A DNA stretch of 64,000 nucleotides. It comes from an uncultured Lachnospiraceae bacterium (GTDB taxonomy: Bacteria > Bacillota > Clostridia > Lachnospirales > Lachnospiraceae). The stretch is taken from assembly GCA_946558695.1 (NCBI GenBank), contig CAMNTQ010000004.1:7567-71566 (forward strand), written 5' to 3'. Every line of letters begins with the position of its first letter. The first letter of the stretch is position 1. The translations under genes were made by a program, and so were the position numbers. The notes under the pieces were generated by a model. It was not told where the DNA came from. It did no database searches and saw only the letters and a program-made list of their open reading frames with translations. Below are positions 10,177 to 20,063 of this stretch, piece by piece.

Positions 10177-10419
10177 ATGAATATCAGTGACGCACAGGTT
10201 GATAATCTGGTTAGTTTGATTGACGGCTATGCACAGAAGGGAGGACATCATCTGAACGTCAATGTATTTGCGAAGGAGACGCTTTTGGATGCGCAGGCAC
10301 ATCCGGAGAAATATCCGCAGCTGACGGTCAGGGTATCGGGATATGCAGTAAATTTTAACAAACTGACAAAGGAGCAGCAGGATGAGGTTATCTCAAGAAC
10401 CTTCCATGAAGGGTTGTAG
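10177..10419 (+). CDS. Stand-alone PFL glycyl-radical domain protein (GrcA/YfiD-like)
   Basis: 80 aa with GGHHLNVNV...[17 protein letters not shown]; its own AGGAGG RBS at 10162-10167. Confidence 0.92.
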   Translation: MNISDAQVDNLVSLIDGYAQKGGHHLNVNVFAKETLLDAQAHPEKYPQLTVRVSGYAVNFNKLTKEQQDEVISRTFHEGL

Positions 10420-11158
10420 TGTGGGACGAATTCATTCCATCGAGAGCTTCGGGACCGTAGACGGTCCCGGAGTTCGTTTTGTGATATTCTTTCAAGGGTG
10501 TCCTATGCGTTGCAAGTATTGCCATAATCCAGACACATGGGCGATGTCAGACGGGAGTGAAAAGACTGTGGCGGAGCTTTTGGAAGATTATGAGCGTAAT
10601 AAGTTATTTTACCGGGACGGCGGGATTACCGCAACGGGCGGAGAACCTCTTATGCAGCTTTCCTTCCTTACAGAGTTATTTTCGGAGGCGAAGAGGCGGC
10701 AGATTCATACCTGTCTTGATACGTCAGGAATTGTATACAATGACAGGAAGAAAGAGGAGTTTGAACGTCTGTTTGCAGTTACGGATCTGGTCCTTTTGGA
10801 CGTAAAGCATAGTTCTGAAGAGGGGCATCTGAAGCTGACATCTATGAGTCGGCGGCCGGTTCTTGCGTTTGCAGAAGCGCTTGAGAAGGCGGACGTTCCG
10901 GTTATTGTGCGCCATGTGTGCGTACCGGGAATTACGGACGGAGAAAAAGAACTGAAAGAGCTTGGGCATCTGATTGGAAAGTGGAGGAACCTGAAAGGTT
11001 TGGATATACTTGCATATCATACGATTGGAGTCTCAAAGTATAAAAGTCTTGGAATCCCTTATCCGCTGGAGGGAATCGCGGATATGAAGCCAGAGAAGGC
11101 AAAAGAAGCAAGAGAGAAAGTGTTAGAAGGGATTCGCGAGATACGGGGAGGAAATTAA
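10406..11158 (+). CDS. pflA: Pyruvate formate-lyase activating enzyme (radical SAM)
   Basis: [25 protein letters not shown] (CxxxCxxC), GGEP and LDTSG; start may be GTG 10421. Confidence 0.95.
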   Translation: MKGCSVGRIHSIESFGTVDGPGVRFVIFFQGCPMRCKYCHNPDTWAMSDGSEKTVAELLEDYERNKLFYRDGGITATGGEPLMQLSFLTELFSEAKRRQIHTCLDTSGIVYNDRKKEEFERLFAVTDLVLLDVKHSSEEGHLKLTSMSRRPVLAFAEALEKADVPVIVRHVCVPGITDGEKELKELGHLIGKWRNLKGLDILAYHTIGVSKYKSLGIPYPLEGIADMKPEKAKEAREKVLEGIREIRGGN

Positions 11159-11280
11159 AAGGCGGAATTCTCAAATCAAAACTTTTATCTCAATAAGAAA
11201 TGTGATATGATTGTAAAAGCGCGTTACCACGGAACACCCCGTGTATCATTACGTTAAAAATATGCCAAGGAGGATAAGAC

Positions 11281-12516
11281 ATGTATTCATTTGATGAGAT
11301 TAAAAATGCAGATCCTGAGATTGCGCAGGCAATCACAGATGAGATGGAACGCCAGAACTCACATATAGAATTGATTGCATCCGAGAACTGGGTGAGCAAA
11401 GCAGTTATGGCGGCGATGGGAAGCCCGCTTACGAACAAATATGCGGAAGGGTATCCGGGAAAGCGGTATTACGGCGGATGCCAATGCGTAGATGCAGTAG
11501 AGAATCTGGCAAGAGACAGGGCAAAGGAGCTTTTTGGATGTGAGTATGCCAATGTGCAGCCTCATTCCGGCGCGCAGGCGAATATGGCAGTATTTTTTGC
11601 GATGCTGAAGCCGGGAGATAAGATTCTTGGCATGAATCTTGATCACGGCGGACATCTGACACATGGTTCGCCGGTCAATATGTCGGGTTCTTATTTTGAG
11701 ACATCCTTCTATGGAGTGAATGATGAAGGCGTCATAGACTATGAGGCTGTCCGAAAGACGGCGCTTGAGGAAAAGCCGAAGCTTATGATTGCCGGGGCAA
11801 GCGCGTATGCGAGAACGATTGATTTCAAGAGATTCCGTGAGATTGCAGATGAGGCGGGCGCTTATCTTATGGTTGATATGGCGCATATAGCCGGACTTGT
11901 GGCCGCAGGTCTTCATCCAAGTCCGATTCCATATGCGGATGTTGTGACAACGACCACACATAAGACATTGCGGGGGCCGAGAGGCGGTATGATTTTAAGT
12001 AGTCAGGAATCGGCAGAAAAGTTCAGCTTTAATAAGGCAGTGTTTCCAGGCACCCAAGGCGGACCGCTGGAGCATGTGATCGCAGGTAAGGCAGTCTGTT
12101 TTAAAGAAGCTCTTGAGCCGGAATTTAAGGAATATCAGAAACAGATTGTGAAAAATGCGCAGGCATTATGTAGAGGTTTGATGGCTCGTGGCGTAAAGAT
12201 TGTGTCGGGCGGAACAGACAATCATCTGATGCTTGTAAATTTAAGTGATGAGGATGTTACTGGAAAGGAACTGGAAAAGCGTTTGGATGAGGCGCATATT
12301 ACCTGTAATAAGAACACGATTCCGAATGATCCTCGTTCTCCGTTTGTTACAAGCGGCGTACGTCTTGGAACACCCGCGGTTACGACCCGCGGCATGAAGG
12401 AAGAGGACATGGAGACTATCGCAGAAGCAATTGCAATGGTAATTAAAAGTGAAGACAATGTGGCAAGGGCGAGAGAATTAGTGAAGAGTCTGACAGACAA
12501 ATATCCATTAACCTAG
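11281..12516 (+). CDS. glyA: Serine hydroxymethyltransferase
   Basis: [23 protein letters not shown] and [14 protein letters not shown] (PLP lysine). Confidence 0.98.
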   Translation: MYSFDEIKNADPEIAQAITDEMERQNSHIELIASENWVSKAVMAAMGSPLTNKYAEGYPGKRYYGGCQCVDAVENLARDRAKELFGCEYANVQPHSGAQANMAVFFAMLKPGDKILGMNLDHGGHLTHGSPVNMSGSYFETSFYGVNDEGVIDYEAVRKTALEEKPKLMIAGASAYARTIDFKRFREIADEAGAYLMVDMAHIAGLVAAGLHPSPIPYADVVTTTTHKTLRGPRGGMILSSQESAEKFSFNKAVFPGTQGGPLEHVIAGKAVCFKEALEPEFKEYQKQIVKNAQALCRGLMARGVKIVSGGTDNHLMLVNLSDEDVTGKELEKRLDEAHITCNKNTIPNDPRSPFVTSGVRLGTPAVTTRGMKEEDMETIAEAIAMVIKSEDNVARARELVKSLTDKYPLT

Positions 12517-12614
12517 TAAAACGGGCGGTTGGCGGGAGGGGTAAAAAATAATATAAAAAAATTAAAATTACCTCTTTTCAAAAGTAACAATATGCGGTAT
12601 TATAGAGAGGCGGC

Positions 12615-12662
12615 ACACAATATATAGTGTGCCGGAGGAAAAACATAAACAATATTTTGTGT
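12615..12662 (+). promoter_or_regulatory. Tandem NrdR boxes
   Basis: ACACAATATATAGTGT (12615-12630) and AAACAATATTTTGTGT (12647-12662), starts 32 bp apart; a weaker third copy at 12585-12600; directly upstream of nrdD. Confidence 0.88.
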
Positions 12663-12691
12663 ATTGTATTACTGGGGGTTACAAGGTGTAT

Positions 12692-14875
12692 ATGGAAGTA
12701 AAGACGAATGTAATTAAGCGTAACGGAGAAGAAGTAAGCTTCGATCTTGAAAAAATCGTTAATGCAATAAAAGCGGCGAACCGTGAAGTGGATAAGCTGC
12801 ACCAAATGAATGAATATCAGGTGATGGCGATTGCGGACATGATTGCCGGCAAAGTGCAGGAGCTTCGTCACGCGGTGCATGTAGAAGATATTCAGGATAT
12901 GGTAGAGACCGGCATTATGGAGATGAGAGGCTATGAGGTGGCGCAGAAGTATGTCCGCTACCGCTATAAACGTGAGCTTACCCGTAAGTCTAATACAACT
13001 GATAATGGGATTCTTGCGCTTATTGAACATCTGAATGAAGAGGTGAATCAGGAAAATTCCAATAAGAATCCAGTGATCAATTCCACGCAGAGGGATTATA
13101 TGGCGGGAGAGGTAAGTAAGGACCTGTCCAGGCGTGTACTTCTTCCGGAAGAAGTGGTACAGGCGCATGAGGAGGGCATCATTCATTTCCATGATTCGGA
13201 TTATTTTGCCCAAAAGGAGCATAACTGTGATCTTATTAATCTGGAGGATATGCTTCAGAACGGTACGGTTATCAGTGAGACGATGATCGAAAAGCCTCAC
13301 AGTTTCTTTACTGCATGCAATGTAACGACGCAGATCGTCGCTCAAGTTGCCAGCAATCAGTATGGCGGACAATCTTTTTCGCTGGCGCATCTGGCGCCGT
13401 TTGTAGATATCAGCAGAAAGAAGATACGCAATGCCGTAGTTGAAGAGCGCAGGGACTGCCGTGAGAGTATGGATGATATGATTATTGACAGGGTGACGGA
13501 GAGAAGGCTTCGCGAGGAGATCAAAAGCGGTATCCAGACCATTCAGTATCAGTTGATCACACTTATGACTTGTAACGGGCAGGCGCCGTTTGTGACGGTA
13601 TTTATGTATCTGGATGAGGCGGAAGAAGGGCAGGAAAGAGAAGATCTTGCCTTGATTATAGAAGAAGTTCTGATACAGAGGATGCAGGGAGTAAAAAATG
13701 AAGCGGGTGTTTGGATCACGCCGGCATTCCCGAAGCTTATCTACGTTCTGGATGAGGATAATGTAACATCGGATTCCAAGTATTGGTATCTGACAGAGCT
13801 TGCTGCCAGATGTACGGCTAAAAGAATGGTGCCGGACTATATTTCTGCCAAGATTATGAAAGAGCTGAAACAGGGAGAGGTATATACTTGCATGGGCTGC
13901 CGTTCCTTCCTCACTGTTGAGGATTCCCAGAGAAATGCGGATGGAAGCCATAAGTTCTACGGAAGATTCAATCAGGGCGTTGTTACAATCAATCTTGTGG
14001 ATGTGGCGTGTTCTTCAAACGGAGATATGGATAAGTTCTGGGAAATTTTAGATGAGCGTCTGGAACTGTGCCACAGAGCGCTGCGCTGCCGCCATGAGAG
14101 ACTTCTTGGAACGATATCCGATGTAGCTCCGATTTTATGGCAGAACGGGGCGCTGGCAAGACTTAAAAAAGGCGAGACGATAGATAAGCTCTTGTATAAT
14201 GGCTATTCCACAATTTCGCTGGGATATGCGGGGCTTTATGAGATGTGCGTACGTATGGTGGGGAAATCTCATACCGATCCGGAGGCAAGGCCATTTGCCC
14301 TGTCGGTTATGCAGAGACTGAATGATAAGTGCAAAGAGTGGAAAGAGGCGGAGAAAATCAGTTACTCCGTATATGGAACTCCGATGGAGTCTACCACATA
14401 TAAGTTTGCAAAATGCCTCCAGAAGCGTTTTGGAATCATTCCGGGAGTTACGGATAAGAATTATATTACGAACAGCTATCATGTACATGTATCAGAGGAG
14501 ATCGATGCGTTCAGCAAGCTGAAGTTTGAGGCGGATTTCCAGAAGCTGTCGCCGGGCGGCGCCATCAGCTACGTGGAGGTTCCGAATATGCAGAATAATA
14601 TCCCGGCGGTAGTCTCTGTCATGAGATTTATCTATGACAATATTATGTATGCGGAGTTGAATACAAAAAGTGATTACTGCGAATCCTGCGGTTATAATGG
14701 AGAGATTCTGATAAAGGAAGATGAAAGCGGAAAGCTAGTGTGGGAGTGCCCGAACTGCGGAAACCGTGATCAGAACCATATGTTTGTGGCAAGAAGAACC
14801 TGCGGATATATCGGAACGCAGTTCTGGAATCAGGGCAGGACGCAGGAGATACAGGACAGGGTGCTGCATTTGTAG
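12692..14875 (+). CDS. nrdD: Anaerobic (class III) ribonucleoside-triphosphate reductase
   Basis: N-terminal ATP cone (VIKRNG...FDLEKI), IHFHD, MGCRSFL, YITNSYH, two CxxC pairs and the RRTCGY glycyl-radical motif. Confidence 0.97.
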   Translation: MEVKTNVIKRNGEEVSFDLEKIVNAIKAANREVDKLHQMNEYQVMAIADMIAGKVQELRHAVHVEDIQDMVETGIMEMRGYEVAQKYVRYRYKRELTRKSNTTDNGILALIEHLNEEVNQENSNKNPVINSTQRDYMAGEVSKDLSRRVLLPEEVVQAHEEGIIHFHDSDYFAQKEHNCDLINLEDMLQNGTVISETMIEKPHSFFTACNVTTQIVAQVASNQYGGQSFSLAHLAPFVDISRKKIRNAVVEERRDCRESMDDMIIDRVTERRLREEIKSGIQTIQYQLITLMTCNGQAPFVTVFMYLDEAEEGQEREDLALIIEEVLIQRMQGVKNEAGVWITPAFPKLIYVLDEDNVTSDSKYWYLTELAARCTAKRMVPDYISAKIMKELKQGEVYTCMGCRSFLTVEDSQRNADGSHKFYGRFNQGVVTINLVDVACSSNGDMDKFWEILDERLELCHRALRCRHERLLGTISDVAPILWQNGALARLKKGETIDKLLYNGYSTISLGYAGLYEMCVRMVGKSHTDPEARPFALSVMQRLNDKCKEWKEAEKISYSVYGTPMESTTYKFAKCLQKRFGIIPGVTDKNYITNSYHVHVSEEIDAFSKLKFEADFQKLSPGGAISYVEVPNMQNNIPAVVSVMRFIYDNIMYAELNTKSDYCESCGYNGEILIKEDESGKLVWECPNCGNRDQNHMFVARRTCGYIGTQFWNQGRTQEIQDRVLHL

Positions 14876-14932
14876 ACGAAGATGATGCTATCCCCTGCGG
14901 ACAAATAGCTGTAAATTACAAAAAGCTAGGGG

Positions 14933-15337
14933 ATGAAAAAAATGGACATATTGACAGAAAAAGATTTTGAATTAGTTGAGAAAGCCCGTGAGGCGATCCG
15001 GAAAAATTATGACGACATTCATTATAATCATACGGTCGGGGCGGCGGTTCGCTGCAAAGACGGAAAAATCTATACCGGTGTAAATGTCTACTCTCTGCAT
15101 GGAGCCTGCGGCGAGCAGGTAGCCATAGGAACTGCTATTACGCAGGGGGAGAGAGACTTTGAAGCGATTGTGGCAGTCCGGGGGAAAGACGGGGAGGAGA
15201 TCGTGCCTCCGTGCGGGAACTGCCGGCAGATGCTGTCCGATTATATGCCGGAATGCGAAGTGATTCTTATGGTTTGCGGAGAAGAAAAAAAGACAAAAGC
15301 AAAGGAGCTCCTGCCATTTACATATAGAGTAGAATAG
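14933..15337 (+). CDS. Cytidine deaminase family protein
   Basis: VGAA, GACGEQ (CxE) and PPCGNCRQ zinc motifs. Confidence 0.88.
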   Translation: MKKMDILTEKDFELVEKAREAIRKNYDDIHYNHTVGAAVRCKDGKIYTGVNVYSLHGACGEQVAIGTAITQGERDFEAIVAVRGKDGEEIVPPCGNCRQMLSDYMPECEVILMVCGEEKKTKAKELLPFTYRVE

Positions 15338-15358
15338 AGGTTCGATAAAGAAAGCGGT

Positions 15359-16075
15359 GTGAAGATGAATTCATTGGCTATATGTGAAGATAATGAGTTT
15401 ATGCTGGAAAAATTAGAAGAGATGGCAAAGCTTTATGTAAAAAACAAAGACCTGCATGCCGGCATATGGACATTTGAATCGGGAGAAGAACTTATGCGGG
15501 AGAAGGAGGACTTTGACGTCCTCCTTTTAGATTATAAGCTTCCGGGTATAAGCGGTGTTGAGGTGGCGAAAAGATTCGGTAAAAGGAGCCGGATCATTTT
15601 TGTCACGGCATATAAAGATTATGCGTTGGATGCTTTTGATGTGGGGGCGGTTCATTATCTGGTAAAGCCGGTAACGAAGGAACGGCTTTTTCTTGCTCTT
15701 GACAGAGCCAGAGAACAGCTTGGCCGGACAAGACGCAAGAAACTGACGCTTATGAAGGATGGGACGCTTGAACGAATTTTGATAAACGATATTACATACT
15801 GCGAAGTATTCGGACACCGGCTTTGTATCCATACGGCGGAGGACTGCCGCGAGTATTCCGAAACACTGGACATGCTGGAGGAGCAGCTTGACGGACAATT
15901 CTTCCGCTGCCACAGAAGTTTTCTTGTAAATATGGCACATATTCTTTCGGTAGATAAAGGGACGGCAATTCTTGACAGCGGGGAGCGTGTGCTTGTATCA
16001 AGGAGGAGACAGAGGGAATTTATGCGAAGGCTCTCATTTTTTCTAAAGGATGAGGTGGCGCGATGGGAGAGATAG
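15359..16075 (+). CDS. LytTR-family response regulator
   Basis: Receiver AICED...LLD...IIFVTA...YLVKP; LytTR FFRCHRSFLVN. Confidence 0.93.
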   Translation: MKMNSLAICEDNEFMLEKLEEMAKLYVKNKDLHAGIWTFESGEELMREKEDFDVLLLDYKLPGISGVEVAKRFGKRSRIIFVTAYKDYALDAFDVGAVHYLVKPVTKERLFLALDRAREQLGRTRRKKLTLMKDGTLERILINDITYCEVFGHRLCIHTAEDCREYSETLDMLEEQLDGQFFRCHRSFLVNMAHILSVDKGTAILDSGERVLVSRRRQREFMRRLSFFLKDEVARWER

Positions 16076-17184
16076 GATGTTATCCTGCGGGGTTTTATAT
16101 CTGGTGGATGTTTATTAATGGTTTGCTTGGGTTTTTCGAGATTTTATTTTTGCAGGATCTTGCCGGAGTCAGGAGAAGGCTGCCTGCGTTTGCCTGTGTT
16201 TTTATAAATTGTGCGCTTACCTTTCTTTGCATGTATCTACAAAGCTCCGGGATATGCAGATTGATTCTGCACACAGCGGTAATTTTCAGCTTTGCTGTTT
16301 TTTCGCAGAAATTAAAAGTGTTTGAGGCTATTGTTCCTGCCGCGGTAATCCTTTCTTTGTATACATTTATGGAAGGGTTTCAGATTGCATTTATGAGCCG
16401 TCTCGTGCAAAAAAATATGAGCGCTCAGATGGGGATCGCAGTGCAGTTGTTGGTGACGGGACTTTTGGCGGTTCTGATGTCGCGGGGACTATGCGTTATC
16501 TCCAAAAGACTTGCGGATACGGCCAGCGAGAGAGAATCTTCTTATGTGCATGTCCTTGGCAGCCTTAAGGAAGCTAAAAGCAGAAACGAGCGGTATCTTG
16601 CGTTCCAGCATGACATCGATAATCATCTTCTTGTTCTGTCAGGACTGGTGCATGAAAAGAAATACGCGGAGGCAGAGAATTATTCCAGAAACTTAAAGAG
16701 GATTTCGGATGAGCTGGCTGCCGGGATTGATACAGGGAATCTGGCGGCGGATGTTCTTTTGGACGAGAAGATGCGATTGGCAGAGGCGGAAGGAATACAG
16801 GTGAATTATGATGTTCATTTTTCAAAGAGATTTTTCATCGAGGATACAGATCTTTGCGTCCTTCTGGCAAATGCGATGGATAATGCTATCCATGCATGCA
16901 TGAAGGTGAAAGACAGACCAAAGATCACAGTCAGGGCAAGAATGAGATATCACTTTCTGTCCATCAGTGTGACCAATACAGATTGTCCGCCGGACGGATG
17001 GACAGCGGATATTCCAGATGGAGAAGATTCAGAACCGCTGTGTGAGAAAGATTATGGGACGGGTCTGAAAAATATACGGCGGACAGTTAGGAAATATAAA
17101 GGGACGATGGAGGTTAAAAAAAGCCGCGGACAGTTCAGCCTGAACGCGTTGTTGTGTCTTGAACCATTGAGGAAGGGAGAGTGA
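16063..17184 (+). CDS. AgrC/VirS-like GHKL sensor histidine kinase
   Basis: N-terminal TM helices, FQHDIDNHL H-box, LLANAMDNAI N-box and GTGLKNI G-box. Confidence 0.88.
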   Translation: MGEIGCYPAGFYIWWMFINGLLGFFEILFLQDLAGVRRRLPAFACVFINCALTFLCMYLQSSGICRLILHTAVIFSFAVFSQKLKVFEAIVPAAVILSLYTFMEGFQIAFMSRLVQKNMSAQMGIAVQLLVTGLLAVLMSRGLCVISKRLADTASERESSYVHVLGSLKEAKSRNERYLAFQHDIDNHLLVLSGLVHEKKYAEAENYSRNLKRISDELAAGIDTGNLAADVLLDEKMRLAEAEGIQVNYDVHFSKRFFIEDTDLCVLLANAMDNAIHACMKVKDRPKITVRARMRYHFLSISVTNTDCPPDGWTADIPDGEDSEPLCEKDYGTGLKNIRRTVRKYKGTMEVKKSRGQFSLNALLCLEPLRKGE

Positions 17185-17285
17185 CCGTTCGGGAAGGGCG
17201 GCTTGTGTCATGCATATATGTTCCGATATATCTGTATACCGGCATGAATACAGTGCGGGAAGAGATAAGGAGGAGAAGGAAGAAA

Positions 17286-17657
17286 ATGATGAATGGGATT
17301 AGAACGGAGTATGCGAATACACAGGCCATGATGCGTCAAAATAATCAGATGAATCCCGCAGATGCAGGCAGGGCAGATGAAACGGAAAAGAAACGGCGGG
17401 AATTGAAGGAAGAAAGGAAATCCATACAGAACTCTCTGCTGCTTATGAAGACCACATCAGGAGACAGTGTGGGCTCAGAAGAAAGTATTAAGATACTTGA
17501 GAGAAAGCTTGAGGAGATTGAAAGCCGGATTAAGGCAGAAGAAAAAGAAAATCCGGAAGTTTTGGCAGAAGGTGAAAAGATAACACAGGAGAACGGCGGA
17601 TTCAGGATAAAGAATAATTTTGATGTGTACGAAACATACAAGAAATCATATAAGTGA
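17286..17657 (+). CDS. Small coiled-coil hypothetical protein (FlxA-like character)
   Basis: AGGAGGAG RBS; charged heptad pattern; TCCGATAT sigma-28-like -10 at 17222. Confidence 0.7.
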   Translation: MMNGIRTEYANTQAMMRQNNQMNPADAGRADETEKKRRELKEERKSIQNSLLLMKTTSGDSVGSEESIKILERKLEEIESRIKAEEKENPEVLAEGEKITQENGGFRIKNNFDVYETYKKSYK

Positions 17658-17672
17658 AAGGCGGGAATCAAC

Positions 17673-18188
17673 GTGAATTATGGCAATATAAAGGAATGTG
17701 ATATCGCGGACGGTCCGGGTGTGAGGGTCAGTCTGTTTGTGTCAGGCTGCAGGCATCACTGTAAAGGCTGTTTTAATGAAGAGACATGGGATTTTAATTA
17801 CGGAATGCCCTATACAGAAGAAACGGAGGATAAGCTCATCCGTCTGCTTGCCCCAGATTATATTCAGGGGCTTACACTGCTTGGCGGTGAACCTTTTGAG
17901 CCGGAGAATCAGCAGGAGCTTGTGAAGCTGCTGCGAAGAGTAAAAATGGAATATCCGCAGAAGGATATCTGGAGCTATTCGGGGTATCTTTTGGATGTTG
18001 ATCTGAAAAAAGGCGGGCGGGCATATACAGATGTGACAGAGGAGATGCTGTCATATCTGGATGTGCTGGTGGACGGCCCGTTTATTGAGACGCAGAAAGA
18101 TATTACTTTAAAGTTCAGGGGAAGCGCAAACCAGCGGGTGATCAAGCTGGAAAATGGGAAGGATACAGGCCGGCTGTATGAATCGTAA
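17673..18188 (+). CDS. nrdG: Anaerobic ribonucleotide reductase activating protein
   Basis: DGPGVRVSLFVSGCRHHCKGCFN, LLGGEP, DVLVDG and FRGSANQR. Confidence 0.96.
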   Translation: MNYGNIKECDIADGPGVRVSLFVSGCRHHCKGCFNEETWDFNYGMPYTEETEDKLIRLLAPDYIQGLTLLGGEPFEPENQQELVKLLRRVKMEYPQKDIWSYSGYLLDVDLKKGGRAYTDVTEEMLSYLDVLVDGPFIETQKDITLKFRGSANQRVIKLENGKDTGRLYES

Positions 18189-18437
18189 TAATTTGCGCGC
18201 AGTAATGATATAAAATGTGATTATATACAGCAATTGAGGCAACCTTGTTTTGTGAAATATGTGAAAGGATGATTTGGCATATTTTACATAGCAAGGTTTT
18301 TGTATTATATTTGAGATAACAGGGAAGTGTCGAAAAAAAATCAACAATTTAAATAAGAAAACCAATTTTTTTCGCGGCAAAATAAAGTATCATAAATAAA
18401 AGCGGGGTAATTTGCAAAAGAACAGGCGGTGCATGAT

Positions 18438-20060
18438 ATGGAAAAGCTTAAGATATTTCTTGTCGAAGATGAAATTGTCATAAGAAACGGTATTAAAAAC
18501 AGTATTGAATGGGAGAAGGAGGGGTATGCGTTCGTGGGCGAAGCAAGCGACGGTGAGCTTGCTTATCCCATGATCTTAAAGGAAAAACCCGATATTCTGA
18601 TTACGGATATCCGTATGCCCTTTATGGACGGGCTGGAATTAAGCCGCCTAGTAAAGCAGGAGCTCCCGGATATCCGAATACTGATTTTAAGCGGATACGA
18701 TGAGTTTGACTATGCGAAGGAGGCGATTCGGCTCGGCGTCACGGAATATCTGCTAAAGCCGGTAAGCGCTTCAAAATTATTAGAGTCGCTTAAGGGTGTA
18801 AGTCAGCTCATCCGGCAGGAGAAGGAAGAGAAGGAGCTGTTGAAACGGTATGCAGAGGACATGCAGGAGAATACAGAGCGGGAGAAGCTTAAGTTTTTTG
18901 ATCAGTTAATATCGGGAGGACTGTCCACTGCAGAAGCAATTGATCTTGGCAGACAGTATGATATGAATCTGAGCGCTCATGTGTATGAAATGATATTATT
19001 TAAGTTTTTCAGTGTGATCGGTGTAGGCGAACAGTCAGGAGTTGTGGTGGATGCCTGCGAAGGTCTGGAGGATATGATCAGGAAGATTCCGTATGTATAT
19101 ATTTTTCAGAGAGGGGTTGACGGATGGGCGTTTCTTCTGACTGCGGACGATGAGGAGCAGATGGAACAGAAGACGAGCCGGCTTGCCAAGCGTATCGGGC
19201 TGATGATGGAGAATTATAAGGGGTTGGAATATTTCGGAGGGATCGGCAAAGCAGTAATGAGGCTTCGCGAGCTTCCGCAGTCTTTCTCCGACGCAGATCA
19301 TGCATTTTCCGGAAGGTTCTTAAGCAGGCTTAACCGGATCGTGCAAGTGGAAGATCTTAAGAATATGCAGGGGATCGGGGATTTTGAAGTCCGGGGCTTC
19401 GGAGAGATTGAGCGGACACGGGAATCGGTAGAGAAATTCTTGAACAACGGGACGCAGGAGGAAATAGAAGGGTTTACAAGTGCATATATGAAGGAGATGC
19501 CGGCGGACAATTTTAAATCTATGCTGATGCGCCAATATATTGTTATGGACGTGTACATTGTTATCATGTCATTTTGTGAAAAGATCGGGACTTCTGACGA
19601 GACATTTCAGGGAGAGGCAGAAAGCTTTAAGACAGCCATACAGAAAATCCACACGGCTCAGGAAATGCAGGAGTATATGCGCCGGTTCTTGTCGCGGGCC
19701 ATCGAACTTCGGGATATGGTGAGCGGGCGGAGGTATTCGGATATCATCGAGGCTGCGAAAGAAAAGATTGAGAGTACTTATATGCTTGAGGAGATCTCCC
19801 TCAATACAGTTGCCGCCGGGGTAGGTATGAGTCCAAGCTATTTCAGTTCTGTCTTCAGCAGGGAGATGGGGAAGACTTTCGTAGAGTATTTGACGGGAAT
19901 CCGTATGGATAAGGCGAAAGAGCTCCTTATGTGCTCTTCTATGAAGACTTCGGAGATCGGATACGAGGTGGGGTATAAAGATCCGCACTATTTCAGCTAT
20001 CTTTTTAAGAAAACGCAAGGGTGTTCACCGAAAGACTACCGCGCAAGAAGAAAGGAATAA
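18438..20060 (+). CDS. YesN-type response regulator (receiver plus AraC HTH)
   Basis: LITDIRMP, SGYDEFDYA and YLLKPV; C-terminal AraC HTH (VGYKDPHYFS). Confidence 0.93.
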   Translation: MEKLKIFLVEDEIVIRNGIKNSIEWEKEGYAFVGEASDGELAYPMILKEKPDILITDIRMPFMDGLELSRLVKQELPDIRILILSGYDEFDYAKEAIRLGVTEYLLKPVSASKLLESLKGVSQLIRQEKEEKELLKRYAEDMQENTEREKLKFFDQLISGGLSTAEAIDLGRQYDMNLSAHVYEMILFKFFSVIGVGEQSGVVVDACEGLEDMIRKIPYVYIFQRGVDGWAFLLTADDEEQMEQKTSRLAKRIGLMMENYKGLEYFGGIGKAVMRLRELPQSFSDADHAFSGRFLSRLNRIVQVEDLKNMQGIGDFEVRGFGEIERTRESVEKFLNNGTQEEIEGFTSAYMKEMPADNFKSMLMRQYIVMDVYIVIMSFCEKIGTSDETFQGEAESFKTAIQKIHTAQEMQEYMRRFLSRAIELRDMVSGRRYSDIIEAAKEKIESTYMLEEISLNTVAAGVGMSPSYFSSVFSREMGKTFVEYLTGIRMDKAKELLMCSSMKTSEIGYEVGYKDPHYFSYLFKKTQGCSPKDYRARRKE

Positions 20061-20063
20061 CAT

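Noticed and set aside
10153-10200. Selenocysteine recoding of the pflB TGA
   Set aside because: No convincing SECIS hairpin follows, the position is not a catalytic Cys, and the downstream ORF has its own RBS
11159-11280. Riboswitch or cre site upstream of glyA
   Set aside because: Only a short CACGG...CCGTG stem; no match to glycine, ZTP or THF aptamers or a clean cre consensus
12578-13951. 457-aa minus-strand ORF
   Set aside because: Antisense shadow of nrdD with no recognisable motifs
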